Position numbers and translations under genes: made by a program. A stretch of DNA of 64,000 nt. It comes from an uncultured Clostridia bacterium. GTDB lineage: Bacteria > Bacillota > Natranaerobiia > Natranaerobiales > Natranaerofabaceae. The stretch spans positions 41,479 through 105,478 of the forward strand of contig CAZCIZ010000001.1 of assembly GCA_964498995.1 (NCBI GenBank), in the 5' to 3' direction. This document shows, in pieces, positions 1 to 12,576 of the stretch. The notes beneath the pieces were generated by a model. The model was not told the DNA's origin and did no database searches. It was given only the letters and a program-made list of their open reading frames with translations. Within the stretch, counting starts at the first letter, position 1. The number at the start of each line of letters is the position of its first letter.

Positions 1-906
1 CGGCTTGGCAAGGACCTGACCCCTCTCTACTTGTTCTTTGTCTATTCCCCTCATTAACGCTCCTATATTGTCACCGGCTTCGGCATAGTCCATATGCTTG
101 CGAAACATCTCTACTCCTGTTACTACCGTCTTCTTGGGACGCTCTGCCATACCTACTATCTCTGCTTCGTCTCCTACATTTACCTTGCCTCTCTCTACAC
201 GACCTGTCGCAACTGTACCCCTGCCGGTGATGCTGAATATATCCTCGATTGGCATCAAAAACGGTTTCTCTGTATCTCTCTCCGGCGTGGGAATATAATT
301 GTCTATCGCATCTATTAGCTCCCAGATTGGTTTACAAGCTTCGCAGTCTCGGCTGCCACAACCACATTCTAATGCTTTAAGGGCTGATCCCGTTATAACA
401 GGAGTCTCGTCCCCGGCAAAATCATACTCATTCAATAGATCCCTGACTTCCATATCTACTAGTTCCAACAGTTCTTCATCGTCTACCATATCAGCCTTGT
501 TTAAAAATACTACTATATACGGTACCCCTACCTGACGAGACAATAGTATATGCTCGCGAGTCTGGGGCATCGGACCGTCTGCTGCACTTACTACCAGCAC
601 TGAACCGTCCATCTGGGCCGCTCCAGTAATCATGTTCTTTACATAGTCTGCGTGACCGGGACAGTCCACATGAGCATAGTGACGGGTGTCTGATTCGTAC
701 TCCACATGGGCTGTACTTATAGTGATTCCACGTTCCTTCTCCTCAGGAGCCCTGTCGATCTCGTCAAATTCCTTTACCTCGGTACTTCCTTCTGAGGATA
801 GCACCCTGGTGATCGCTGCAGTCAATGTCGTCTTGCCGTGGTCTACGTGACCTATGGTTCCTATATTTACGTGGGGCTTTGTCCTTTCAAATTTTTGTTT
901 TGCCAT
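1..906 (-). CDS. tuf: Elongation factor Tu, copy 1 (C-terminal part cut by window edge)
   Basis: Sequence 1..906 matches 16535..17440 (the complete tuf); spot-checked at both ends and the embedded ORF translations are identical. ATG at 904-906. Lies directly downstream of fusA, the classical str-operon position. Confidence 0.95.
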   Translation of the reverse strand, partial: MAKQKFERTKPHVNIGTIGHVDHGKTTLTAAITRVLSSEGSTEVKEFDEIDRAPEEKERGITISTAHVEYESDTRHYAHVDCPGHADYVKNMITGAAQMDGSVLVVSAADGPMPQTREHILLSRQVGVPYIVVFLNKADMVDDEELLELVDMEVRDLLNEYDFAGDETPVITGSALKALECGCGSRDCEACKPIWELIDAIDNYIPTPERDTEKPFLMPIEDIFSITGRGTVATGRVERGKVNVGDEAEIVGMAERPKKTVVTGVEMFRKHMDYAEAGDNIGALMRGIDKEQVERGQVLAKP

Positions 907-944
907 TTCTTATACCTCCTGTCCAATATTATTTTTTACTTGCT

Positions 945-3032
945 TTATTTTTGCTCAATTAGATCAGATGCTACACTGCTGGGCAGTTCATCATAATGTG
1001 AAAATTCCATTGAATAAGTGCCTCTACCCTGGGTCCTTGACCTCAGTTCTGTGGCATAACCAAACATCTCAGCCAGGGGAACATAGGCCGTTATTATCTT
1101 TGCACCAGTTCTGTCCTCCATGCCTTCTATCTGGCCTCTACGAGAGTTAAGATCTCCCATAACATCTCCCATATATTCTTCAGGAGTTATGGCTTCAACC
1201 TTCATGACAGGCTCCAATAAGCATGGATCAGCTTTTCTGGCCGCATCTTTTAAGGCAATGGAACCTGCAATCTTAAAAGCGCTTTCTGATGAATCAACTT
1301 CATGGTATGAACCGTCGTACAGGGTCGCCTTAACATCCATCACGGGATATCCTGCCAACACACCATTTTCCAGAGCTTCTCTAATTCCCATATCTACCGA
1401 GGGAATGTATTCTTTAGGAATAACTCCACCTACGATTTTGTCTTCAAACTGATAACCTTCGCCTCTTTCTCGTGGCTCTATTTCTATAAAGACATGGCCG
1501 TACTGACCTCTTCCGCCTGATTGGCGAATGAACTTTCCTTCTGCTTTTGCAGGTTTTCTGATGGTCTCTTTATAAGCGACCTGGGGCTTACCAACATTTG
1601 CTTCTAACTTGAATTCCCTCAAAAGCCTATCTGTTATAACTTCCAGGTGAAGTTCCCCCATACCTGAAATTATGGTTTGGCCTGTTTCTTCATCGGTATA
1701 TGTCTTAAATGTCGGGTCCTCTTCAGATAGCTTGTAGAGTGAAGTTGACATTTTTTCCTGATCAGCTTTTGTCTTAGGTTCAATGGCAACAGAGATTACA
1801 GGTTCTGGAAACTGTATGGACTCGAGAATTATAGGGTTCTTTCCATCACATAATGTGTCTCCTGTAGCGGTGTTTTTGAGACCCACTGCAGCCGCTATAT
1901 CACCAGTATATACTATATCTCTCTCTTCCCTGTGATTGGCATGCATTTGCAATATCCTGCCAACTCTTTCTTTTTTTCCTTTGACAGGGTTGTATACATA
2001 TGAGCCTGCCTTTATAGTTCCTGAATATACTCTGAAAAAGCAAAGCTTACCTACATAGGGATCTGTCATTATTTTAAAAGCGAGGGCACTGAAAGGTTCC
2101 TCATCACTGCTGACCCTTTTATCTTCCTTACCTTCATTTTCTGCACCACCAGATTGTGGTATTATACCTTCAATAGGTGGAACATCCACAGGAGAAGGTA
2201 GGTAATCTATTACCGCATCTATCAACAGTTGGACTCCCTTGTTTTTATATCCGGAACCGCATAATACAGGTGTTAGTTTATTGTGAATGCAGCCTGTTCT
2301 TAGGGCGGACATAATTTCATCTGTGGTAATTTCATCTCCTTCAAGATACTTATCCATCAGATCATCATCTGCATCAGCAACGGATTCAAGCAAATTTTCT
2401 CTATATTCTTCTGCTAAATCCATCATATCTTCAGGAATCTCAACTTCTTCTCTTTCAATCCCTAATTTATCCTTATATTGGTAAGCCTTCATTGTAATCA
2501 GGTCAACCACTCCGGTAAAGTAGTCTTCTTTACCTATAGGCAGTTGTACAGGAACGGCATTTGCCTGTAGGCGTTCCTTCATCATATCAACAACTCTGTA
2601 AAAGTCTGCACCAACTATGTCCATCTTGTTCACAAAGGCCAACCTGGGTACACCGTACTTATCGGCCTGACGCCAAACCGTCTCTGATTGAGGCTCTACA
2701 CCTCCTTTGGCGCAAAAGACACCGATGGCACCATCTAGTACCCTAAGTGACCTTTCAACCTCAACGGTAAAATCAACGTGCCCTGGCGTATCAATGATGT
2801 TCACTCGATGATTTCTCCATTGACAGGTTGTTGCAGCTGAAGTTATTGTGATCCCTCTCTCCTGTTCCTGGTCCATCCAATCCATGGTAGCTGCACCATC
2901 ATGGGTCTCTCCTAATTTATGAACCCTGCCTGAATAAAACAGCATTCTTTCGGTAACAGTTGTTTTCCCTGCATCTATATGAGCCATCAATCCTATGTTT
3001 CTTGTCTTATTTAGGGAAAATTGTCTACCCAT
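945..3032 (-). CDS. fusA: Elongation factor G
   Basis: 695 aa. Has the GTPase motif [17 protein letters not shown] and NKMD. Sits in the rpsL-rpsG-fusA-tuf context. RBS GGGGGG upstream of the ATG. Confidence 0.97.
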   Translation of the reverse strand: MGRQFSLNKTRNIGLMAHIDAGKTTVTERMLFYSGRVHKLGETHDGAATMDWMDQEQERGITITSAATTCQWRNHRVNIIDTPGHVDFTVEVERSLRVLDGAIGVFCAKGGVEPQSETVWRQADKYGVPRLAFVNKMDIVGADFYRVVDMMKERLQANAVPVQLPIGKEDYFTGVVDLITMKAYQYKDKLGIEREEVEIPEDMMDLAEEYRENLLESVADADDDLMDKYLEGDEITTDEIMSALRTGCIHNKLTPVLCGSGYKNKGVQLLIDAVIDYLPSPVDVPPIEGIIPQSGGAENEGKEDKRVSSDEEPFSALAFKIMTDPYVGKLCFFRVYSGTIKAGSYVYNPVKGKKERVGRILQMHANHREERDIVYTGDIAAAVGLKNTATGDTLCDGKNPIILESIQFPEPVISVAIEPKTKADQEKMSTSLYKLSEEDPTFKTYTDEETGQTIISGMGELHLEVITDRLLREFKLEANVGKPQVAYKETIRKPAKAEGKFIRQSGGRGQYGHVFIEIEPRERGEGYQFEDKIVGGVIPKEYIPSVDMGIREALENGVLAGYPVMDVKATLYDGSYHEVDSSESAFKIAGSIALKDAARKADPCLLEPVMKVEAITPEEYMGDVMGDLNSRRGQIEGMEDRTGAKIITAYVPLAEMFGYATELRSRTQGRGTYSMEFSHYDELPSSVASDLIEQK

Positions 3033-3059
3033 TATTATCCCCCCTTCTATAGCTAAATA

Positions 3060-3530
3060 TTACCATCGGTAGTGAGCAAAGGCTTTATTCGCTTCAGCCA
3101 TTTTATGGGTATCTTCTTTCTTTTTGATGGCTCCACCAGCTTCGTTATAGGCATCTAAAATTTCATTTGCCAATCTTTCTTCCATGGTCTTTTCAGTTCG
3201 TTGTCTAGCATAGTTCACCAACCACCTGATAGCAAGCACCTGCTTTCTATCGGGGTTAACTTCTATAGGGACCTGATATGTTGCCCCACCTACTCTTCTG
3301 GACTTAACTTCTAAAACCGGCATAACATTCTTCACTGCTGTTTCAAATACTTCCATTGGGTCTTCACCGGATCTTTCCCTTATTCTATCCATAGCATTAT
3401 AAAAAAGCCTTTGTGCTAGTGTTCTTTTGCCATCAACCATTACCTTGTTTATAAATTTTGTTACCCACCTACTGTTATAAATAGGATCCGGTGTTGCTTC
3501 TCTTTTAGCCACAGGACCTTTTCTAGGCAT
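3060..3530 (-). CDS. rpsG: 30S ribosomal protein S7
   Basis: 156 aa. N-terminus [11 protein letters not shown]... and C-terminus ...HYRW are typical of S7. Consistent operon context. Confidence 0.97.
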   Translation of the reverse strand: MPRKGPVAKREATPDPIYNSRWVTKFINKVMVDGKRTLAQRLFYNAMDRIRERSGEDPMEVFETAVKNVMPVLEVKSRRVGGATYQVPIEVNPDRKQVLAIRWLVNYARQRTEKTMEERLANEILDAYNEAGGAIKKKEDTHKMAEANKAFAHYRW

Positions 3531-3587
3531 ATTTCACCCTCCTTTCCAAAACTAAATCCAAAAAAAAATAAACCCTCTTACCTTAGT

Positions 3588-3959
3588 TTAGCTTCTTTTT
3601 TTCGCTCCATATTTAGACCTACCCTGACCTCTATTTTCTACCCCGGCAGTGTCAAGAGAACCTCTAACTACCTGGTACCTGACACCTGGCAAGTCCTTAA
3701 CACGGCCACCTCTGACAAGGACAACAGAGTGCTCCTGTAGATTATGTCCAATTCCGGGTATATAGGCAGTCACTTCTACTCCGTTGGTCAACCTGACCCT
3801 GGCAATTTTTCTTAGAGCAGAATTAGGTTTCTTGGGAGTAGTGGTGGATACTCTTGTGCATACACCCCTCCTCTGGGGGCTTCCATTCAAAGCAGGTGAA
3901 TTAGATTGTTTTTCTATTTTTCTCCTGCCTTTTCTTACCATTTGATTTATTGTGGGCAT
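3588..3959 (-). CDS. rpsL: 30S ribosomal protein S12
   Basis: 123 aa. MPTINQ...KKPNSALRK motif. Operon context. Confidence 0.97.
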   Translation of the reverse strand: MPTINQMVRKGRRKIEKQSNSPALNGSPQRRGVCTRVSTTTPKKPNSALRKIARVRLTNGVEVTAYIPGIGHNLQEHSVVLVRGGRVKDLPGVRYQVVRGSLDTAGVENRGQGRSKYGAKKRS

Positions 3960-4128
3960 TTTTCCACCTCCTTTTTCTGCATAGCTTTATATACCAGCCT
4001 GGATCCAAGAAACTGTTTGTTTCCATGAATCCAGGCTGACAGTAGATTAAACTTAGCATAAGTCTAAATACAAACTTACCTTGTGCCGGTGTATTGTGTA
4101 CGTTTATTCCTGGTTCTAATGGTTTTCG

Positions 4129-4377
4129 TTACTTTAATATCGCTGCAGTTGCAGCTCCTCTATCAATGCTACATGCTTCTCCAAGCTCTTGCATAGTCTC
4201 TACATACTCGATATTAATTTCCTTCTTTTCACACTTTTTTTCTATTGGTATTTTGATCTTTTCCTCTGCATCTTTAGCAAGATAAACCTTTCTGGCTTTT
4301 TCACTTTCTATAGCCTTCTCAGTTTCCCTTAATCCTACACATCGTTTGGTCGCTTTTTTTATATTAACCAAGGCCAT
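4129..4377 (-). CDS. Ribosomal protein L7Ae-family protein (YbxF/RplGB-like)
   Basis: Small protein between rpoC and rpsL, the same position as B. subtilis ybxF. Start moved to MALVNIKK (ATG at 4377), which is preceded by GGAGAGGGGGA. Confidence 0.8.
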   Translation of the reverse strand: MALVNIKKATKRCVGLRETEKAIESEKARKVYLAKDAEEKIKIPIEKKCEKKEINIEYVETMQELGEACSIDRGAATAAILK

Positions 4378-4446
4378 TTTTAATCCCCCTCTCCATTCCC
4401 AGAGAACTAAACTTTCTCGTACACACACTTAAAAATTCTAGCACCA

Positions 4447-7400
4447 TTACTCTGCCGTGTCAACACTGATTTTTTCTTCTTTTTTAATTATATCTCCATT
4501 TTCATCATACTCTACTTCTTCAGTTGCATCCTCTTGGTGTAAATCAGTTTCTTCCTGCTTAACTTCTGGAGGTTCAGTCTCAACCTTCACCTTTCTGTAT
4601 CTTGACATGCCGGTTCCTGCCGGTACCAGCTTACCAATAATCACATTTTCCTTGAGACCAATTAGAGGATCTGCCTTTCCTTTAATCGCCGCCTCAGTAA
4701 GAACCCTGGTGGTTTCCTGGAATGAGGCAGCAGAAAGGAAGCTGTCAGTAGCTAGGGACGCCTTGGTAATTCCAAGTAGTGCCGGCCTTCCCTTGGCTGG
4801 TTCTTTATCTTCTTTTCTTGCTTCTTCATTTATGCTTGCAAATTCAAAGAAGTCTACTAGACCTCCAGGAAGAAGTTCTGTATCACCGGGTTCATCTACC
4901 TTTATCCTCTTAAGCATCTGGCGAATTATTATCTCTATATGCTTATCGCTTATATCCACACCCTGAAGCCTATAAACTTTTTGAACTTCTTGAAGTATAT
5001 ATAATTGTACTCCTTCCACTCCTTTTACTTTCAGAAGATCGTGAGGGTTAACAGAGCCCTCAGTAAGCTCTTGTCCTGCTTCAATCTCCTCACCTTCAGC
5101 TACCTTCAACCTGGAACCAAAGGGTATATTATAAGATTTCTCATCTCCTTTAGAAGGAGTTATAATTACCTTTCTCTTGGTTTGACCTTCTTTAATTGAA
5201 ACCTTCCCGTTTATCTCACTTATCATGGCTAAACCTTTTGGACGCCTGGCTTCAAATAACTCCTCAATCCTCGGTAAACCTTGAGTTATGTCATCACCTG
5301 CAACACCACCAGTGTGGAAGGTACGCATTGTCAGCTGGGTTCCCGGCTCACCAATAGATTGAGCAGCGATAATACCAACTGATTCACCAACATTCACCAC
5401 TTCTCCAGTAGCCATATCCCTTCCATAACATTTTTCACAGACTCCATGTTGCGTTTTACATGTCAATACCGAGCGAATTGGCACTTTCTCGTGGCCACAC
5501 TTAATGATTTCACTGGCTTTTTCCTCAGTTATTAGCTCATTTCTAGCTACTAAAAGATTCCCTTTGTCGTCATAGATGTCTTCAGAAGCATACCTTCCGA
5601 TGATCCTATCATATAGCTTTTCTATTTCCTCATTACCAGTTTTGATTTCTTCAACTTCAATACCATCTTTCGTCTGACAGTCATTTTCTCTAACTATTAC
5701 ATCCTGGCTTACATCAACCAACCTTCTGGTCAAATATCCCGAGTCTGCAGTCTTTAATGCCGTATCAGCCAAACCTTTTCTAGCTCCGTGAGTGGAAATA
5801 AAGTACTCAAGCACCGTTAGACCTTCTCTAAAATTAGCTTTGATGGGCAGGTCTATAATCTTTCCAGTTGGGTCTGCCATTAATCCTCTCATGCCAGCTA
5901 ATTGGGTGATCTGAGATATATTACCCCTGGCTCCTGATTGGGCCATCATGTACACCGGGTTCAAGCTCTCGAGGTTGTTCATTACAGCATCAGTGACTTC
6001 GTCTTTGGCGTTGCTCCAAGTATCGATCACCCTGCCGTATCTTTCTTGCTCCGTGATCAATCCCCTCTTGAACTGCTTTTCAGTGGTCTGTACGCTTTCA
6101 TCGGCTTCATCCATTATCCTTTGTTTTTCACCAGGTACAACTATATCTTCAACTCCGATGGTAATCCCCGCTTCTGTAGCAGAAGAATAGCCTATTCTCT
6201 TCATCTCATCAAGTATCCTTGAAGTTTCAGAACTTCCATATCGTCTGTAGCAGACTGCTACTAACTCACCCAGGTCATTTTTTCGCAGCGCTTCTCTATA
6301 TTCTCTAGTTGAGATCAGATCATGAATGTTTTCACCTTTTTTCAACCAGTCATCTTCCTTAATGCTCATATCTTTCGAATCATTTATATAAGGGAAGTCC
6401 TTTGGTAAGATTTCATTGAACAAAAGCTTACCTACGGTAGTGATGAGCAGAGTAGCATTTTCAGGAATCAAGTTTTGATATACACTAAAATCCTTCTTGT
6501 CATAGTTATCCATCCGGACACCAATAATGGCGTGTAGGTTTATATCATCTCTGTGATGTGCCATAATGGCTTCTTCAGGTGAAGTGAAATAGCTCCCTTC
6601 TCCCTTGACACCTCTTTCCTCCAAAGTCAAATAATAGCTACCAAGGACCATGTCCTGAGTTGGAATGGCCACGGGTGCACCGTCTTTTGGATTTAAGATG
6701 TTTTGGGCTGACAGCATCAAAATCCTCGCCTCTGCTTGGGCCTCTGCTGACAGAGGTACGTGAACAGCCATCTGATCCCCATCAAAGTCTGCATTATATG
6801 CCGGACAAACAAGGGGATGGATTTGAATGGCCCTTCCTTCTATCAAAACAGGTTCAAAAGCCTGAATACCTAGTCTGTGAAGGGTAGGTGCCCTGTTTAA
6901 TAAAACCGGGTGATCTTTGATAACTTCCTCCAAGACGTCCCACACTTCTGGTCTTACCTTTTCTACCATTCTTTTGGCGCTTTTAATATTATGGGTTTTT
7001 TCCTCTTCAACTAGCCTTTTCATCACAAAGGGTTTAAACAGTTCTAGGGCCATCTCCTTGGGAAGCCCGCATTGATGAATTTTAAGCTCCGGGCCAACTA
7101 CTATTACAGAACGCCCAGAATAATCCACCCGTTTTCCAAGCAGGTTCTGACGAAAACGACCTTGCTTACCTTTTAACATATCACTTAGGGATTTCAAAGG
7201 CCTGTTTCCAGGGCCGGTTACAGCTCTACCCCTTCTTCCATTATCAATCAATGCATCCACAGCTTCTTGAAGCATCCTCTTTTCGTTTCTGACGATGATT
7301 TCCGGAGCTCCCAAGTCAAGAAGCCGTTTTAAGCGATTATTTCGATTAATCACCCTTCTGTACAGGTCATTAAGATCTGAAGTTGCAAATCTACCCCCAT

Positions 7401-8151
7401 CGAGCTGTACCATGGGTCTAAGATCTGGAGGTATCACGGGGATAACATCTAAAATCATCCATTCAGGGTTGTTATCCGATTTTCGGAAAGATTCCACCAC
7501 TTCTAATCTTCTTACAGCTCTTACTTTTTTCTGGCCTTTGGCCGTCTTTAGTTCATCCCTGAGGTCTTTGGCCAGTTTTTCCAAATCTATTTGAGCAAGT
7601 AATTCTTTAATAGCTTCAGCGCCCATTTTTGCTTTGAAGCCTTTGCCCTGCTTAAAAAGATCAGAAAATTTATCCCTGTATTCCCGATATTCCGTCTCCG
7701 TCAACAACTGCTGCTTGGATAAGGAAGTCTCACCTGGATCTATTACAATATAGGAAGCAAAATAGAGTATTTTTTCTAAAATTCGTGGAGATAAGTCCAA
7801 TAGTAGCCCCATCCGGCTCGGGATACCTTTAAAATACCAGATGTGACTTACCGGGGCGGCTAGTTCTATATGCCCCATTCTTTCCCTTCTAACCTTTGAC
7901 TGGGTAACTTCTACCCCACAGCGGTCGCAGACAATCCCCTTATAACGGACTCTCTTGTATTTGCCACAATGGCATTCCCAGTCTTTTTGAGGGCCGAATA
8001 TTTTTTCACAAAACAACCCTTCCTTTTCAGGCTTTAAGGTCCGGTAGTTGATGGTTTCGGGCTTTTTCACCTCACCTCTAGACCAACCTCTGACCTGTTC
8101 AGGTGAAGCAAGCCCGATTTGCAGTGCATCAAAATTATTAACATCTATCAA
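4447..8151 (-). CDS. rpoC: DNA-directed RNA polymerase subunit beta-prime
   Basis: 1234 aa. Has the NADFDGD catalytic motif and zinc-binding Cys motifs. N-terminus M(TTG)IDVNNF resembles B. subtilis RpoC. Has an acidic C-terminal tail. Confidence 0.98.
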   Translation of the reverse strand: MIDVNNFDALQIGLASPEQVRGWSRGEVKKPETINYRTLKPEKEGLFCEKIFGPQKDWECHCGKYKRVRYKGIVCDRCGVEVTQSKVRRERMGHIELAAPVSHIWYFKGIPSRMGLLLDLSPRILEKILYFASYIVIDPGETSLSKQQLLTETEYREYRDKFSDLFKQGKGFKAKMGAEAIKELLAQIDLEKLAKDLRDELKTAKGQKKVRAVRRLEVVESFRKSDNNPEWMILDVIPVIPPDLRPMVQLDGGRFATSDLNDLYRRVINRNNRLKRLLDLGAPEIIVRNEKRMLQEAVDALIDNGRRGRAVTGPGNRPLKSLSDMLKGKQGRFRQNLLGKRVDYSGRSVIVVGPELKIHQCGLPKEMALELFKPFVMKRLVEEEKTHNIKSAKRMVEKVRPEVWDVLEEVIKDHPVLLNRAPTLHRLGIQAFEPVLIEGRAIQIHPLVCPAYNADFDGDQMAVHVPLSAEAQAEARILMLSAQNILNPKDGAPVAIPTQDMVLGSYYLTLEERGVKGEGSYFTSPEEAIMAHHRDDINLHAIIGVRMDNYDKKDFSVYQNLIPENATLLITTVGKLLFNEILPKDFPYINDSKDMSIKEDDWLKKGENIHDLISTREYREALRKNDLGELVAVCYRRYGSSETSRILDEMKRIGYSSATEAGITIGVEDIVVPGEKQRIMDEADESVQTTEKQFKRGLITEQERYGRVIDTWSNAKDEVTDAVMNNLESLNPVYMMAQSGARGNISQITQLAGMRGLMADPTGKIIDLPIKANFREGLTVLEYFISTHGARKGLADTALKTADSGYLTRRLVDVSQDVIVRENDCQTKDGIEVEEIKTGNEEIEKLYDRIIGRYASEDIYDDKGNLLVARNELITEEKASEIIKCGHEKVPIRSVLTCKTQHGVCEKCYGRDMATGEVVNVGESVGIIAAQSIGEPGTQLTMRTFHTGGVAGDDITQGLPRIEELFEARRPKGLAMISEINGKVSIKEGQTKRKVIITPSKGDEKSYNIPFGSRLKVAEGEEIEAGQELTEGSVNPHDLLKVKGVEGVQLYILQEVQKVYRLQGVDISDKHIEIIIRQMLKRIKVDEPGDTELLPGGLVDFFEFASINEEARKEDKEPAKGRPALLGITKASLATDSFLSAASFQETTRVLTEAAIKGKADPLIGLKENVIIGKLVPAGTGMSRYRKVKVETEPPEVKQEETDLHQEDATEEVEYDENGDIIKKEEKISVDTAE

Positions 8152-8193
8152 GGGCCATCTCTCCCTTCCCTTTAATTGAATTAGAAAAATCCA

Positions 8194-11100
8194 TTAATCT
8201 TCTCGACCTTTAATATCAATATCCATATCATCCAAATTCACTACACGTTCATTTCCTTCTGTATCACGCACGGCCACAACTCCTTCTTCTTCATTCACTA
8301 CTTTGACGTCCATGCCTAAGCTAGAGAGCTCTTTGATCAAAACTTTAAAGGATTCAGGAATACCAGGTTCCGGTACGTTATCCCCTTTTACAATGGCTTC
8401 ATAGGTTTTTACCCTGCCTACAACATCGTCACTTTTAACGGTCAATAGCTCCTGTAATGTGTATGCAGCTCCATAAGCTTCTAAAGCCCATACTTCCATT
8501 TCGCCAAAACGCTGCCCACCAAATTGGGCCTTACCTCCAAGGGGCTGCTGAGTAACCAAGGAATAAGGTCCTGTAGAACGTGCATGAATTTTGTCATCAA
8601 CCAAGTGAGCAAGCTTTAACATGTAGATATAACCTACAGTCACTTCGTTATCAAAGGCTTCCCCAGATCTACCGTCATGGAGCTTTGACTTTCCACTTTT
8701 GGGCAGGCCGGCTTCTTCTAGCTTTTCAAAAATCTGTTGCTCGTTAGCCCCATCAAATACCGGGGTAGACATGTGGATGCCAAGAGCTTTAGCAGCCCAG
8801 CCCAGATGAGTTTCGAGCACCTGTCCCATATTCATCCTTGACGGAACACCAAGAGGGCTCAAAACTATTTCCACAGGTGTACCATCAGGCAAGAAGGGCA
8901 TATCCTCTTCTGGTAAAATTTTTGCTATTACGCCTTTGTTCCCGTGTCTGCCTGCCATTTTATCCCCTACGGATATTTTTCTCTTTTGGGCTACATATAC
9001 TCTAACAAGCTTGTTAATACCCGGTGGTAGTTCGTCCCCATCTTCCCGGTCAAAAACTTTTACATCCACTACTATCCCGGATTCGCCATGGGGAACCTTA
9101 AGGGAAGTATCTCTCACCTCACGGGCTTTTTCTCCAAATATGGCCCTTAAAAGTCTTTCTTCAGCAGTCAATTCGGTTTCCCCTTTTGGAGTAACCTTTC
9201 CCACCAGTATATCTCCGGCTTTTACTTCCGCTCCAGGCCTGATTATACCTCTTTCATCCAGATTTTTAAGGGCTTCTTTGCCTACATTTGGTATATCCCT
9301 TGTTATCTCCTCAGGGCCTAGTTTTGCATCCCTTGCTTCTGCTTCATAGGCTTCTATATGAATTGAAGTAAAAGTATCATCTTTGACAAGTTTTTCACTG
9401 ATCAAAATAGCATCTTCATAGTTATATCCTTCCCAGGGCATAAAGGCCGCCAGGACGTTTTTTCCAAGGGCAAGCTCTCCTTTTTCCGTTGAAGAGCCGT
9501 CAGCTATAATTTCACCCTCTTCTATCCGGTCCCCTTTATTAATCGCTGGATTCTGGTTCATGCATGTTCCCTGATTGGACCTGTCAAATTTCTGTAACTT
9601 ATAAATATCGAATCCATCTTTCACACTAACCCAGTCTCTATTAAATACCTCTCCGGTTTTGCCATTTATGACCCTGCCTTCTCCGTTATCATTTCGGCGA
9701 ATGCAGATTTCCCTAGCGGTTACATAGTCAACAACTCCGGCAGACAAGCTCTTAACTATTGCCCCGGAATCATAGGCAGCCCTATATTCCACTCCTGTCC
9801 CCACTAGGGGAGCCTCACTTTGTAGTAATGGCACACCTTGGCGCTGCATGTTACTTCCCATCAGAGCTCTGTTAGCGTCATCGTTTTCCAAAAAAGGTAT
9901 TAAAGAGGTGGCAAGGCTAACCAACTGCTTGGGCGAAACGTCCATATAATCTATTTCTTCTTGGGTTCTGCTCAAAGTTTCGTGCCTGTACCTGGCAATC
10001 ACTCTATCATTTTTAAAATAACCGTTTTCGTCTAAGGGAGTGTTTGCCTGGGCAATCACATATTTATCTTCTTCATGAGCAGTAAGGTAGGCAATCTCAT
10101 CAGTAACTCTGTTCTCTTGTTTATCAACCTTCCTGTAAGGTGTTTCAATAAAGCCCAACTCATTTACCCTTCCATAAGTGCTTAGGGAGTTTATCAATCC
10201 AATATTTGGGCCTTCCGGTGTTTCTATCGGGCACATCCTGCCGTAATGGGAGTGATGTACGTCCCTGACTTCAAATCCAGCCCTTTCACGGCTCAATCCC
10301 CCTGGGCCTAAGGCACTTAAACGACGCTTATGAGTCAATTCAGCCAGGGGATTTGTCTGATCCATAAATTGAGACAACTGGCTGCTGCCAAAAAACTCTT
10401 TTATAGAAGCTATTACAGGCCTGATATTAATCAATGCAGATGGTGTAATGGTATCTACATCCTGGATTGTCATCCTCTCCCTGATGACCCTCTCCATCCT
10501 GGAAAGACCGATCCTGAATTGATTTTGCAATAGCTCACCAACACAACGCAACCTGCGATTTCCCAGGTGATCGATGTCATCTATGCTGCCTATTCCATCA
10601 AGGAGGTTCATCAGATAGTTAACAGAGGCAACTATATCATCAGTTATTAAATTTTTTACATTCTCATCCACATGTCCGTTGGATAATATCACACTGTCTT
10701 CATCTTCATTATTTTTAACCACTACACGCTGTATGCCAGCTTCATTTAATATATCATAATGCTCCTTAGTTACCTTTTCACCTTCTTCTATCAAGATCTC
10801 TCCTGTATCATCATTTACTACTCTCTCAGCTGCTTTGAAGCCCAGGGCGCGGTATAAATCCAACTTAACATTAACTTTATACCTTCCCACCCGGGCAAAG
10901 TCATAACGTTTTGGATCAAAAAACAATGACTCAAACAGGCTTTTAGCATTTTCTACATTTAGAGGTTCTCCGGGACGCAATCTTTTGTATATTTCAAGTA
11001 CACCTGATTCGTGAGAATCGGTGTGATCCTTTTCCAAAGTTGCTTTGATCCTGGTATCCTCTCCAAATTCTCTTAATATTTCTTCATCGGTCCCATATCC

Positions 11101-11691
11101 TAGCGCTCTTAATAATACCGTCACTGGTAGCTTCCTTGTCCTGTCAACCCTAACAAAAACGACATTTTGAGAGTTCATCTCAAATTCCAACCAAGCACCT
11201 CGGTTGGGTATGATGGTTGCTGAGAAAAGTTCTCTCCCACTATTGTCCCATTCATTTTTATAATAAACACCCGGGGAACGTACTAATTGACTTACTATCA
11301 CCCTTTCCGCTCCGTTTATGATAAAAGTTCCATTCTCCGTCATCAGGGGGAAATCTCCCATAAAGACTTCCTGTTCCTTGACCTCTCCCGTTTCTTTATT
11401 AATCAGTCTAACTTTAACCCTGAGGGGAACAGAATAAGTAACATCCCTCTCCTTGCATTCTTCTACTGAATACTTGGGCTCGCCTAGAGAATAATCTACA
11501 AACTCTAAGATCAGCCCTCCTGTAAAATCTTGGATGGGCGAGATGTCCTCGAACATCTCATGAATTCCCTTTTCTAAAAACCAATTATAAGAGCTTTTTT
11601 GAATCTCGATTAAATTAGGTAACTCCCATACTTCTTCAATCCTTGAAAAAGTTAGTCTTTCCCTTCTTCCACATTTAACGGTCTTTGGCAT
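8194..11691 (-). CDS. rpoB: DNA-directed RNA polymerase subunit beta
   Basis: About 1165 aa with conserved RpoB blocks. Start chosen at MPKTVK (ATG 11691), 8 nt after GAGGGGTGA. Confidence 0.97.
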   Translation of the reverse strand: MPKTVKCGRRERLTFSRIEEVWELPNLIEIQKSSYNWFLEKGIHEMFEDISPIQDFTGGLILEFVDYSLGEPKYSVEECKERDVTYSVPLRVKVRLINKETGEVKEQEVFMGDFPLMTENGTFIINGAERVIVSQLVRSPGVYYKNEWDNSGRELFSATIIPNRGAWLEFEMNSQNVVFVRVDRTRKLPVTVLLRALGYGTDEEILREFGEDTRIKATLEKDHTDSHESGVLEIYKRLRPGEPLNVENAKSLFESLFFDPKRYDFARVGRYKVNVKLDLYRALGFKAAERVVNDDTGEILIEEGEKVTKEHYDILNEAGIQRVVVKNNEDEDSVILSNGHVDENVKNLITDDIVASVNYLMNLLDGIGSIDDIDHLGNRRLRCVGELLQNQFRIGLSRMERVIRERMTIQDVDTITPSALINIRPVIASIKEFFGSSQLSQFMDQTNPLAELTHKRRLSALGPGGLSRERAGFEVRDVHHSHYGRMCPIETPEGPNIGLINSLSTYGRVNELGFIETPYRKVDKQENRVTDEIAYLTAHEEDKYVIAQANTPLDENGYFKNDRVIARYRHETLSRTQEEIDYMDVSPKQLVSLATSLIPFLENDDANRALMGSNMQRQGVPLLQSEAPLVGTGVEYRAAYDSGAIVKSLSAGVVDYVTAREICIRRNDNGEGRVINGKTGEVFNRDWVSVKDGFDIYKLQKFDRSNQGTCMNQNPAINKGDRIEEGEIIADGSSTEKGELALGKNVLAAFMPWEGYNYEDAILISEKLVKDDTFTSIHIEAYEAEARDAKLGPEEITRDIPNVGKEALKNLDERGIIRPGAEVKAGDILVGKVTPKGETELTAEERLLRAIFGEKAREVRDTSLKVPHGESGIVVDVKVFDREDGDELPPGINKLVRVYVAQKRKISVGDKMAGRHGNKGVIAKILPEEDMPFLPDGTPVEIVLSPLGVPSRMNMGQVLETHLGWAAKALGIHMSTPVFDGANEQQIFEKLEEAGLPKSGKSKLHDGRSGEAFDNEVTVGYIYMLKLAHLVDDKIHARSTGPYSLVTQQPLGGKAQFGGQRFGEMEVWALEAYGAAYTLQELLTVKSDDVVGRVKTYEAIVKGDNVPEPGIPESFKVLIKELSSLGMDVKVVNEEEGVVAVRDTEGNERVVNLDDMDIDIKGRED

Positions 11692-12308
11692 TAACCAGCT
11701 CACCCCTCAAAACCTTATTTTTACACATCATACCCTCAACTGATTTTCTTAACCAAAATACAAAAATCATCATTTTATTAAGAAAATCCTTTTAACCTTG
11801 CAGGAATTAATAATGTAATTGTAGTATTTATATATATAGCAAATCTTACGCGATAGACGCGATTGAATAAAAAGATAAAAACAAGATAAAATATATAGAT
11901 ATTAAAATATAAAATCACCATAAATAAACAATAACCCAAGTAAAGATCAATGTATCAAAGCCTAGGATCAAAAAATACATTACAGTTTGCCAGCAGGATA
12001 GATTGGCAAAATAATATCTTCGTGCCAACCAGGCTCTGGCAGGTAGGTAACTATAAAAAGGAGTTCTTACTTATCATACAGGTGTGTGTTTTACTTATAG
12101 ATAAATAAAAAAAGCCAGTATACTTACATCTATATAATTATACCCAAATATAATAAAATTATACTGATACTGGTTTTCATTTGTCTCTATCAAGTTTTAA
12201 GTTTTGTATAAATCACTAACGGCATTATATGATGATAGCACAAAAATCTGATTAAGTCAATGCCCCTCCATTACTTAGACAGCTACATACGTTACGTTAA
12301 TATAAATT

Positions 12309-12343
12309 AACACAACATCAATTATTGGAATGTTGTGTTTTTT
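12309..12343 (+). terminator. Rho-independent-terminator-like hairpin, plus-strand oriented
   Basis: CACAACAT / ATGTTGTG 8-10 bp stem with an 11-nt loop, followed by TTTTTT on the plus strand only. Confidence 0.5.
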
Positions 12344-12465
12344 ATCTTCTAATATTCTTCAAGTTCCACAAAGTTTATTATATCATATCCTTTTGCTAAT
12401 GTAACCCATTTACAAGATTATTGACAAAATCATTGCATAGATATAGCTAAATAGTACAGGCAACA

Positions 12466-12510
12466 CTAGAGGCGTACCATTGTACACCTGGGGGATAGTC
12501 ACGCCTCTAG
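12466..12510 (-). other. Stem-loop just downstream of rplL (10-bp stem, 25-nt loop)
   Basis: CTAGAGGCGT ... ACGCCTCTAG is a perfect inverted repeat. No U-tract follows on the minus strand. Confidence 0.5.
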
Positions 12511-12576
12511 AGCAGCTGTATAAAATGAATTTTGTAGTTTTTGTACAAGCATTATTTAATTTCATGTAATGTTATT

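Noticed and set aside
1-906. The identical tuf segment as an assembly duplication artefact.
   Set aside because: The two copies have different, biologically sensible flanks (fusA upstream of one, a tRNA operon upstream of the other). Identity ends exactly at the start codon. This cannot be fully excluded without read data, so I reported it as a finding with that caveat.
4457-4966. Long plus-strand ORFs antisense to housekeeping genes. Examples are 4457-4966, 8936-9349, 13057-13449, 13786-14253, 33933-34292 and 41077-41439.
   Set aside because: Each lies entirely inside a well-supported minus-strand gene. Their products are Ser/Pro/Leu-rich and low in complexity, and they have no RBS. They are typical shadow ORFs of purine-rich coding strands.
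11950-12108. 52-codon plus-strand ORF (MYQSLGSKNT...EFLLIIQVCVLLIDK) in the rplL-rpoB gap, a possible small hydrophobic or toxin-like peptide.
   Set aside because: There is no Shine-Dalgarno sequence. The hydrophobic stretch is only about 12 residues, too short for a membrane helix. No homology is recognisable. I kept it only as a note within the intergenic finding.
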